Shown here in pieces: positions 12,201 to 19,818 of a stretch of DNA of 64,000 nucleotides. Below the pieces are notes generated by a model. The model was not told where the DNA came from and did not search any database. It saw only the letters and a program-made list of their open reading frames with translations. Position 1 is the stretch's first letter, and every line of letters begins with the position of its first letter. Made by a program: the position numbers and the translations under genes. Location: positions 23,250,001-23,314,000 of the forward strand of contig OZ231126.1 in the NCBI GenBank assembly GCA_965153355.1, given 5' to 3'. This stretch comes from Flaccisagitta enflata. Its lineage: Eukaryota.

Positions 12201-14824
12201 TTGTCCCTCATAACTTTTGACAGCTTAACCACCTGTTCACGGAACATACTCCGAGCACATGATACACAATAAAAATGAGGTCCATCAGCAATGGCTTTGA
12301 AAAAAGTCTGAAATTCAGATTCAATCTCCTTTCTGTCTACCTGGTATGATTCGTCATGAGATTGAATCTGAATCTTTTTCATTGTTTGGATCAGCTTTTT
12401 TGTAGCTTCATCACTGAAAACTTCAGAGCTCTTTTGCCTATTCTTTGCTTGTCGCACTTTCTGCATTCTAACCTTCGCTTCTTCTCTTGATTCCGCCTTT
12501 TCCTTCTCTTCTTGTGCTTCCCTTAAATTCTGCATTCTAACCTTCGCTTCTTCTCTTGATTCCGCCTTTTCCTTCTCTTCTTGTGCCTCCCTCAAATTCT
12601 TCATTCTATTTTTCATTTCTTCTCTAAATTCTTTCTTTTCTTCCTCATCTTGTTCTTCCCTCAGTTGCTGTTTTCTTTTTCTGTCCCTGCTTTTCTCATC
12701 TTCTTTTTGTTCCTCATTTTGCTCTTCCCTCAAGGTCTTCATTCTATTCTTTGCTTCTTCCCTCAATTCATCTTTTTCTTCTTCTGCCTGCTCTTCCCTC
12801 AAATTCTTCATTCTATTTTTCATTTCTTCTCTAAATTCTTTCTTTTCTTCCTCATCTTGTTCTTCCCTCAGTTGCTGTTTTCTTTTTCTGTCCCTGCTTT
12901 TCTCATCTTCTTTTTGTTCCTCATTTTGCTCTTCCCTCGTGTTCTTCATTCTATTCTTTGCTTCTTCTCTCAGTTTTTCTTTTTTCTTCTCATCTTGTTT
13001 AGCTCTTTGTTTTCTTTTTCTATCTCTCTCTTCACTGGCCGTTCTCTTCTTGCCACCTCCGCTGAGGTTCATATTGTTATAGATGGTATTGCATGAACCA
13101 TTAGATTCAACATGTTCTACCATTATACCATTCCGTGTATGAAAAGTCACACGGATTTTTTCTATACCTTGGTGAGTAGAATTTGGCTCTGCAGCTGCGC
13201 AATTAAAAAACTTTTTCAACTTTTTGATGACTTTTTGACGTTTTTTCCTCCCGAGATTTACATGGTTGCTAGTTCTGTCATTGGTATATGATGATTCAGA
13301 TGTATGAGCATTGTTATGTAACTCTACCTTCTGGCTTCCATCACCATTAAAAATCATTTGATCAGTTTGGGCTGCTGCGCGCTTCTGTTGAAAGGACAGA
13401 ATTTTCTGCCTTAATCGCATCTCAGCACTAGCTCTGTCTGTCTCAATTTTTGGACCAACGGATAGACCAGCAGATAAGGTATTGGAGGGATCAACAGATG
13501 GACCAAAAAATGGATCAACAGGTGAAGGAACAGGCAGATCAACAGATGGATTAATAGAGGGATAAACAGGAGGTTCCAAAGAAAGATCGTCACATGGACC
13601 AACGGACAAACCTTCAGATGAACCAAATACTCGATCAGCGGATGGACTCGTGTATTGATCAGCAGATGGGCAAATGGTTTGGTCAGCAGATGAACCTACA
13701 GATGGTAAAACCCTCTTAGAGTGATGAAATGGAGATGAGCAAACAACTTTGACCGAACGTTTTCTTAAGATGTTTTTTGCCAGTCGGTCAACTTGTCTCT
13801 CTTCTCCACTTTTTTGTTTTTTCAAATGACTTTTTTGAATAAAAGCATCAACTGGTGAGCTATCAAATGACCTTTGAAGTTCTTCTACCTTCGCTCTACG
13901 TCTCTTCTTTTCTGCTTTCTTTTTGGGAGCAACTTTGTTTGATACATCAATGAATTTTTGCGTATTTCTTTTCTTGCTCAAAGGAGAACATTCAAAATGC
14001 ATCTCCTTTTCCAAAGATAAATTGCTTTCTTTAAGAAGCCTTCCAAACCGTGCATCAATCAAAGTTGCATCTTCCCTTTTCTTTTTCTCAGCTCTTTTCA
14101 TAACTTCAAAGTTTGCCAAACGCATGTCAATTGATTTCAAAGGAGATGCTTTTATTTTTGGATGTTGCAAAGGGGGAAATTCATCGTTGGAAAATTTCTT
14201 TTGCTCACAGACTTGTAAAACCGACCATGCATATTTGCTCTTGCCATCTGGTGCCAAATGAATTCCGTCCTTTGCAACATGCTTCTCCATTTTATGTGTT
14301 GGCAAAGGTGGAATATGACGCAACTTCGAATGAAAATTTATATTTAACTGGTTGACATCATGAACACACCTATTTGCCATCAAAATCCAATTGTTATCCC
14401 CATATTTGGGAAACCTGCCGCGCAAATCATTATTACAAATGCGACGAGGTGTGAGGGGATAGACAAACAGACGTCGGACAAATGGATGATCCATCACAAT
14501 TTTCAATTCTGTATTTCGTCTTGTTATAAAATCTTCAAGATCGAAATGCAGTGATTTGGAAATGGATTCAGAAAGATCAACTGCTCCAGAGATCAAAAAC
14601 ACATCGACCAGGATGTCGCAATCGTTTCTGTTGACAAATTCTGCCATTTGCCAAGGGAAAACTTTCTTGACAAGAAAATTTGTGGTTTTCCCTGGTCTAA
14701 AATCTGTTGTCACGACATCCAAATCGAAATGTGTTTTCATCTTGGAGCAGAGGAGAGCGTCATTAGGAAAATATCCATGGAGAATACTGTCTCCAAGGAT
14801 AAGCCCAATTTTCAACTGCATCAT
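6245..14824 (-). CDS. Helentron (Helitron2-type) RepHel-endonuclease polyprotein, 2859 aa, with extra N-terminal SGNH hydrolase and C-terminal papain-like Cys/His domain
   Basis: Uninterrupted ORF. Rep motifs FFLTFSAAE, EFQNRGSPHVH (HUH) and YSVCHYIVSYIGK. PIF1 motifs GKAGTGKS, GDEF, GDPCQLGPV, LTEIMRQ, TICKAQG, QLYVAFSR. EEP/AP endonuclease motifs FFNVNSL, GGDFN, SIDQMY, YYSDH. N-terminal ILGDS...KDGIHL; C-terminal QIGNSCG...SHWY. Confidence 0.95.
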   Translation of the reverse strand: MMQLKIGLILGDSILHGYFPNDALLCSKMKTHFDLDVVTTDFRPGKTTNFLVKKVFPWQMAEFVNRNDCDILVDVFLISGAVDLSESISKSLHFDLEDFITRRNTELKIVMDHPFVRRLFVYPLTPRRICNNDLRGRFPKYGDNNWILMANRCVHDVNQLNINFHSKLRHIPPLPTHKMEKHVAKDGIHLAPDGKSKYAWSVLQVCEQKKFSNDEFPPLQHPKIKASPLKSIDMRLANFEVMKRAEKKKREDATLIDARFGRLLKESNLSLEKEMHFECSPLSKKRNTQKFIDVSNKVAPKKKAEKKRRRAKVEELQRSFDSSPVDAFIQKSHLKKQKSGEERQVDRLAKNILRKRSVKVVCSSPFHHSKRVLPSVGSSADQTICPSADQYTSPSADRVFGSSEGLSVGPCDDLSLEPPVYPSINPSVDLPVPSPVDPFFGPSVDPSNTLSAGLSVGPKIETDRASAEMRLRQKILSFQQKRAAAQTDQMIFNGDGSQKVELHNNAHTSESSYTNDRTSNHVNLGRKKRQKVIKKLKKFFNCAAAEPNSTHQGIEKIRVTFHTRNGIMVEHVESNGSCNTIYNNMNLSGGGKKRTASEERDRKRKQRAKQDEKKKEKLREEAKNRMKNTREEQNEEQKEDEKSRDRKRKQQLREEQDEEEKKEFREEMKNRMKNLREEQAEEEKDELREEAKNRMKTLREEQNEEQKEDEKSRDRKRKQQLREEQDEEEKKEFREEMKNRMKNLREAQEEKEKAESREEAKVRMQNLREAQEEKEKAESREEAKVRMQKVRQAKNRQKSSEVFSDEATKKLIQTMKKIQIQSHDESYQVDRKEIESEFQTFFKAIADGPHFYCVSCARSMFREQVVKLSKVMRDKKVTHNNINIDWLKDIPSIDNCLYICKTCQNHITQGNLPKLAVANNNELPHVPDFIRTLNDGEERLVAPRTFFVRVKSLGIGAQRGIVSNAVNVPIPMEKMVSQLPLTSADNVVTLNFKRKMKYDHSYLTMNISLENVCSALNYLINTELYKKLDITLSEGNISLLRNNINNSIIVPPCLDDIQENDDDPDVAMIDCDTMSSGMNENTVDDHDMANDNGNDVKDCENGPENNEAVDDEDDDGWTEKVEKECQNVGNSDTMILNEIEDISNISMALKSFSIAPGEGQVPLPLTLDQHALRAAYPTLFAGQLPKESLIPLSIADVAKLYMEHHDPRFRLHYQFPFALYRVSQTFALKNSVFVNLKKNKCLDGSNITAKDILGTSGNSLIQHNSGYKVLMSDRSSPAYWQKIQGELKGMIRQLGMPSFFLTFSAAETIWPEVIQSLYFEKHGKTLTLDEVAKMSWIDKVTLIRENPILTSRHFDHRFRMFFNMVVKPTLGYNDDTDDYFMRIEFQNRGSPHVHMVVWIESAPKYGVHDKQSICNYIDKFISVDLPGNELLDIPFHLKCQVHRHKLTCRKTVRGAQKKKTPDNKENINENLDKKSAKVNGKRYKCRFGFPRKPLPMTIILEPLDLDHYIKTSNGDVELSAEEFVERKKDMKKILNGNIKIINDYLSSLDISNADVFNMTFEQFLNNLEMNETEYLMALSFEIKKPTVFLRRNVKSIRTNNYNDTLLKVWGGNMDIQYILDPYSVCHYIVSYIGKSYRGMSKLLQKVTSECKKKNNCLREQFFKFVREFQGASEISSQEVGYNLLQMPLVSSTRTKVRINTYPTAERVKMLKSSKALASLSPDSEDIFLTDCFQRYAVRDKVFENVNLIDYVSGRLTDKKTKVILYYQYDPKTQFDDFARVQLLLFTSWRKEAEITGDFETYGDRYISMEKQIEEARSFYHKMKKKVLDDAMNEYEHDHNLVPVVDEEESLAKKVNEHQNKMVNSFDLIPTDISNELGFDYLKEDELSVKKKKIDQNDMHLMFRALNLKQKEIFLEIVSRETKGLPYHFVVIGKAGTGKSKVLKAINTWIDHFYSTMRGNDPNVSYSIICAYTGNAAFNASGHTFHSALGIRAMKGYDNASGMIADKTLHHLMGVFANITHLSGDEFTYIGSSMLSKINRHLKLIKSNPHDDFGGLNIVLYGDPCQLGPVGDRHIFEHDAKDPYGIISEGVLFESFCSFQLTEIMRQADKSLQDALCDLSDASAPMSAQNVALFKSRVKNEEDLKIEPNMRIDLFAFNADVNAHNDQLIAAVKGESHLVESELSIMGDETKAVKDKVKQAIRDRHDHTETVGLRLHVDYKVDGRYFIPVNVDLTDGLVNGAIGTLRHVDIDSQGKPITLWVKFDHEEVGKNRRQLLMNNQRYKQHVQNGLTPIWKVAKNFPTCRKRLTGRVVCFPLYYAYGFTICKAQGNNHIGIQTIVHLNARRKIPRRQLYVAFSRTDTIDNLTIIGTFEDPWYREEEARKKSGGRTREDEVREGYANLLAKRIRLTWTPLYSITNCNKIISFFNVNSLYCHIDDVRNDFSLLASDLIFFIDTRLKKNEILSLPGYNFVAGLCMNNDKRVPGGICLYAKLNQNVRLMKDINIQDNSYYCQLIICSMGDFVIVGLYFSPKSLMKHKIQCLEMALKETVGYECDILIGGDFNCGKSIDILLENGFSRLPLDETTRFGTSIDQMYIKTNREYIFGCNPCYYSDHHPTYFGLKSIHDDNRDVVDDGDVSTMDTFSDDCSKSDDMDCSTETDIIQSNCAETDGQFPTLKQLPAKKVAYVIDRLNTRSSNDVIQYLNNHGFLTTNCNSTTQIGNSCGYISACIASFIYQSQHDSWISLGKYDHPSYHPDIVAYNYLLNIDHSDAQLLDSVQILNLVTSLTGDYNLEWFFVQDVNLFKSLVASDFKDVSFPKNGQRKYAVFCINDAVLNDEQRKANVKSNVCVGSHWYTVVFEFE
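6248..6790 (-). other. Putative papain-fold cysteine protease domain (DUB/Josephin-like motif spacing)
   Basis: Q-x4-C motif TTQIGNSCGYISACIA followed by a predicted helix, and a terminal GSHWYTVV strand. It is separated from the endonuclease by an acidic D/S-rich linker. Confidence 0.6.
6970..7565 (-). other. AP-like (EEP fold) endonuclease domain
   Basis: NVNSL, IFFIDT (canonical ET appears as DT), GGICLY, GLYFSP, GGDFN, SIDQMY, SDHHP. Confidence 0.88.
7740..9115 (-). other. PIF1-family SF1B helicase domain
   Basis: LNLKQ, Walker A GKAGTGKS (~9008-9031), GHTFHSALG, GDEF, FGGLNIVLYGDPCQL, GLVNGAIG, YVAFSR. Confidence 0.92.
9900..11000 (-). other. HUH Rep (rolling-circle initiator) core of RepHel
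   Basis: Motif I FFLTFS (~10915-10932), motif II PHVH (~10643-10654), motif III HYIVSYIGK (~9923-9950). Confidence 0.92.
12450..13010 (-). repeat. Eight 23-aa (69-bp) charged coding repeats, STPR-like, with a 3-unit higher-order duplication
   Basis: Units REEQNEEQKEDEKSRDRKRKQQL, REEQDEEEKKEFREEMKNRMKNL, REEQAEEEKDELREEAKNRMKTL and REAQEEKEKAESREEAKVRMQNL are each 23 aa. The second copy is at about 29140-29700. Confidence 0.8.
14210..14812 (-). other. SGNH/GDSL hydrolase domain at the RepHel N-terminus (about aa 5-205)
   Basis: Block I ILGDS (Ser13), block II FRPGKT, block III ISGAVDL (GxND-like, N replaced by V) and block V KDGIHL, in the right order and spacing. Confidence 0.8.
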
Positions 14825-15063
14825 TTTGATGAAAAAGGGACAAATACAGTAAAGGATGGGGGAATCAATGGAACTATTGCTAAAAAACTGTCGCGGACGC
14901 GGAAGAGGGGAAGGGGCAGGGACGCAAATTCACTTTTATGAAGTCTTTGATCATTGATCTATGGACTTACAGACGGACCAACAGACAGGCAAACAAAGCC
15001 TCTTTTAAAGTCGCGAGTCCGCAAATAAATGTAAAAAATTACCAATCTATTTTACACATACTA

Positions 15064-15137
<74 letters not shown>

Positions 15138-17545
15138 AACACGCTCTTTACCTCGCTCACCCGCTTGCTTACTCACTCACTCACTCGCTCACTCGCTCAT
15201 TCGCTCACTCTCTCGCTCACTCACTTGCTCTCTCGTTCTTGTGCGCGCGCTAATCTAAACTTACTGTGAATTAAACAAACTTGACTTCACCTCTTGAGCA
15301 GAAAATGAAAATGATCCAATAGAAATTTGCAATCATTTTTAAAATATTTCCTAAAAATTCCTTACATGTGTCTTTACTAACTATCCATTAATTTTATAAG
15401 GGTTTGCTAGTCAGTAAGTTTCAGTGAAACAGAATTGAATCAGACTGATGATGAAGACATGCTTAACTGATGGAATACATGAATGAGGATTTAGAATATG
15501 CAGAACATAAAGGATGCAGCTTAAGTAAAGAATGACATAAAACGATGACTACGATGACATTGACGATACTGACGATGACAATGACCACCAATAAAGGCGA
15601 CTATCACTGACCGGAAAAAAGTAGTAAATGGGTTGTTTTTTTTCAGTGCATTTTGTTTTATGTGTACATCTCATGCTGTTTGGTTCAGTACCTGTCTGTT
15701 TTCAGTTGCATGCACGTGACTCTGCACCCCGCTTTGTCTGTCTGTCTATCTGTCTGTTGGTCGGTCGATTGGTCAGGCGGTTGGTTGGTTGGTCAGTCGC
15801 TCAGTCAGTTGAAAATTGTTTTTCAATCTGTGTCCCTTTCTAGGTGCAGACACGCGACTCTACAAGCGACTACACTCGGTTTATCCAACCGTCAGTCGGT
15901 CCGACACATTTTTGAATTCAATGTTGAGATATTTAAAAACATATATCTTAAATATATCACTATATGCCAGAAAAATGAACAAAAAAACAACTAAACGAAT
16001 AAATAAACAAAAGCCCCCAGTGTTCTACAGGACTTCGTCCCCTTCGGGGCCGCTGCCCTGCTCCCTCTCACTCCAATTCACAATCATGCAAGCAAGGCAA
16101 TGGGTATCGTTGACTACATATTGCCCTTGACCTGTTTTCCTTTCTTTCTTCTTTCTTTTCTTTCTTCTTTCTTCTTTTTTTCTTTCTTTCTTTTCTTTCT
16201 TTAATTCCTTTTTCTTTCTTCCCTTTTTTCTGTCTCAAGGGGCCGATGACCTATGCTTTCTGCCACAGGAGAAAATTCTCCTCCTTCTTCTCCTCCTCCT
16301 CTTTCTCCTCGTCCACCCTCAACCAGCCTTGAAGCCCAAAATCTAGCCTCAAGGCTCAATATTAGCCTTGAAGCTCAAATTCCAGCCTTGAGGCTCAAAT
16401 CCCAGCTTTGAGGCTCAAATTCCAGCTACTAGCCTCAAATTTCAGCCTCACAGCTTAAAATCTAACCTCAAGTCTCAAATTGAGCCTCAAAGCCCAGAAT
16501 CCAGCCTCTCCAGCCTCTTCACTTCTCCTCCCTCTTCTCCTCCTTCTCTGTCCACCCCTCAACCCTAGAATATAGACTTTAAGCCAAAATCCTGCCTCGA
16601 GGCTCAAATTCCAACCTGAAGGCTTATATTCCAGCTTAAAGCCTCAGATTCCAGCTTCAAAGCCTCAAATCCACCCTCAAGGCTTAGAATCGAGCCTCAA
16701 AGCCCAGAATCCAGCCACATGGCCCCAATATCAGTCCAATGGCTCAAATTGCAGCCTCCAGCTCAAGTCCTAACATAAAGCCTCTAAAATAACTATAGGT
16801 CATTACCCTTCGGGGCCTGCCCCTCTCACCATCACACACCCACATACTTACAGGGCACGGTACCGCTGACCATCTAACGCTTTTTGACTATTCTTCTTAA
16901 GGCGGAAATAAGATGACCTATCCACATACATTTTCCTCTTCTTCGCCCCTTAAATCCCAGTCTTGAGGCCCAAATTCCAGTCTCGAGGCCCAAATCCCAG
17001 TCTGAGGCCATTTCAGCCAAGGCCCAAATTTAGCCTGAGGCCTATAACCCAGCCTTGCAACCCAAATCTCAGCCTCCAGACTAGGATTTGGGCCTTGAGG
17101 CTGGGATATGGCCCAAGACTGGGATTTGGGCCTTGAGACTGGAATTTGGGCCTCGAGACTGGATTTGAGGGGAGGACGGAGAAGGAGGAGGAGGAGAAGG
17201 AGATCCCATATGTGTGAAAGCATAGGTCATCGACCTTCGGGGCTGCCAGCCCCTCAACTTCAACCACAACCTAATTAGGCAGGGCACGGGTACCTGACCA
17301 TCTAACGCTTTTGCGACTATTCTTTCTTTCTTCCTTTTCTTTCTTCCTTTTTTCTTTCTTTCTTTTCTTTTCTTTCTTTCTTTCTTTCTATCTTTCTTTC
17401 TTTCTTTCTTTAATTTTTTCTTTCTTTCTTTCAAAAGTTTCTTTCTCTCTGACGTTCTGTCTTCCTTTCTTCCTTTCTATCTTTCTGCTTTTTTCTTTAT
17501 TTCTTTCTTTCTTTCTTTCCGTCCGTCTTTCTCTCTGCTGTTCCC

Positions 17546-17608
<63 letters not shown>

Positions 17609-17881
17609 GTCTACACGTATCTCTCTTTCTCTCTTTTTTTTCTTTTTTTTCTTTTTTTTCTTTCTTTCTGTCTTACTTTCTCCTTTGAATCCTAGTTACC
17701 TCCTCCTTCTTCTTCTTCTTCTTCTTCTTCTTTCGATTCTCGATTTCTCAATTGTCATTTGTCATTCATTTACCGAGAGGATGAAAAGACTCCTGGTATG
17801 AGACGCGCCCTTTAATTTTCAACCTTAAACGTAAAACAAATGAACAACATCGGAAGTCATAGCAAATGGCCAGGATGCTCT

Positions 17882-17935
<54 letters not shown>

Positions 17936-19536
17936 GTTACCTTCTTACAAAATGAAATGCGTATTGTATCTCTCGGTTAATTGCATCTTAAAATAAGCGA
18001 ATAGCGTCGGAATCAAGATCGCGATTTTTTTTTCTTGAAAAGGGTTGACGGAAAACTCTTATTTTGCATAGAAAATGAGAAATTCAAAAATCGAAGAACA
18101 TCACCCTCTTCTAAATTCATTTCTCCACAAAGTGATGTTTTCAGAAATGCAAAATTCAATCGCGTTTGGCAGATTAAGAGTTTTCCGTGAGACTAAAAGT
18201 TTTTTCTACCATCTCGTCAGCAAGATTTTTCCCTCAGTTTAGACTTGTAAATCGCGTTGAAACTGATTCAGGTGACCACGGGTGACGAATCAATGTTAAA
18301 TCAACTCATATCAACCAGACCCATACCTCAGAGAGCCATACAGGCCATATACAATCATGAATTTTGACAATTTCTTCTCATTTTCATAAAAGAGCGAATT
18401 GACTTTATCACTTAACCAATCACCCTATTTATTTTCTTCCAGCCCACATATGAGGGGGTTATCCCTTTTCTTGGCCGGGGTACGTGAAATATGACTATAA
18501 TCTCCTAATTTAACAAAAAAACAAGGAATATAAGACAACCTCCTTGCGAAGATAAAGATATGAATGTCAAGAGCAATCTCAAATTATCACCTAAGTTTTT
18601 TATTTTATTTGCTGTTTTATCTCACTTTTTTTTTCTTAAACTCACTTCTATAGTTCTTTAAAAGATTTTGAACAGTTCCCACATCTTAGGACTATATCCA
18701 TTGTTAGTACACAAGTGTTGGACACAATACTTTATCATTTTTTTGACTTGGTAAAGGTAAAAAGTAAGTGGCAAAGAAATCCCGTGCTCAAAAGAACCGC
18801 GTCTTATTCAATAATAGCGAAAAGTTAATAATCGTCATCATCATCATCATCAACATCATTATCTACATCAACATCAACAACGACGACACAACAACAACAA
18901 CAAATCAACATCACAACCACGACGACAACAACAACAACAATAACAACAACAATAACAAATACAACAACAACAACAACGACAATATCATCGACATAACAGT
19001 GTAAGGGTTAGTATATTCGGCGACGTTATGTGACCAAACAATGCTGGGAGAAAATGGAAGGTATTTCGGGGTCATATAAAATTCTCAATGGTAGTAAGCG
19101 AAGACGAGACAGTGAAGCGTAGGACCGTAGGTTGAACAGCGATGACGGTGATGCCGGTAAAAAGCGGAACCTCTATGAGGGTGGAGGACCTTTCGTTCGT
19201 GGTACGCTCTCACGTTTGTTCGAATAACGCGTTCTTGAAATCATTACGACGGCAGTATGGCTGAGGAGTTGCCGGCGGCATGGCCCAAGAATTGTCGGCA
19301 GAATGGCCTGTCGCTGCTGATGCCGGCTTTAACGGCAGAGGCAAGGAATTCAACCCACGATAATAACCCAATTTTGTCCCGCGCCTCACGGCAAAACTCA
19401 ATGTTAGTTGGTCCGTTAGTATATGCTTGAGCTTAAAATTTTGTTTTCGCACTTTTTTTGCATCACTGCTCCAAAATGTAAAATGACTCATTTTTGCTAC
19501 GTTGTCCTCGCAAAGTTTGTTTGTTTGTTCGTTTTT

Positions 19537-19627
<91 letters not shown>

Positions 19628-19773
19628 GTGTGTACGTGGCTGTGTGTGTACGTGGCTGTGTGTACGTGTTTGGGCCTATGCGTGTGTCCAAGACAATGTC
19701 TGTCTTTTTACAGCAATTAAACTGCCCGTACGTCTGAATGTCCTCTTGACTGCATTCCTGTCTTTCTTTCTGC

Positions 19774-19818
<45 letters not shown>

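Larger units (their letters stand above)
6110..15030 (-). mobile_element. Autonomous Helentron (endonuclease-encoding Helitron); boundaries approximate
   Basis: Contains the RepHel-EN ORF. A HINE-type 5' end (minus strand TTTATTTGCGGACTCGCGACTTTAAAAGAGGCTTTGT followed by GTCY-like repeats) lies ~200 bp upstream of the ATG. The 3' end was not resolved. Confidence 0.8.

Noticed and set aside
12581-13096. Hydrophobic Phe/Leu-rich 'membrane protein' ORF (also 29271-29786)
   Set aside because: It is the antisense shadow of the E/K/R-rich STPR-like repeats.
6970-14824. Interpretation as a non-LTR retrotransposon because of the SGNH esterase plus AP endonuclease
   Set aside because: No reverse transcriptase motifs were seen. 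HUH Rep and PIF1 lie between the two domains, which defines a Helentron.
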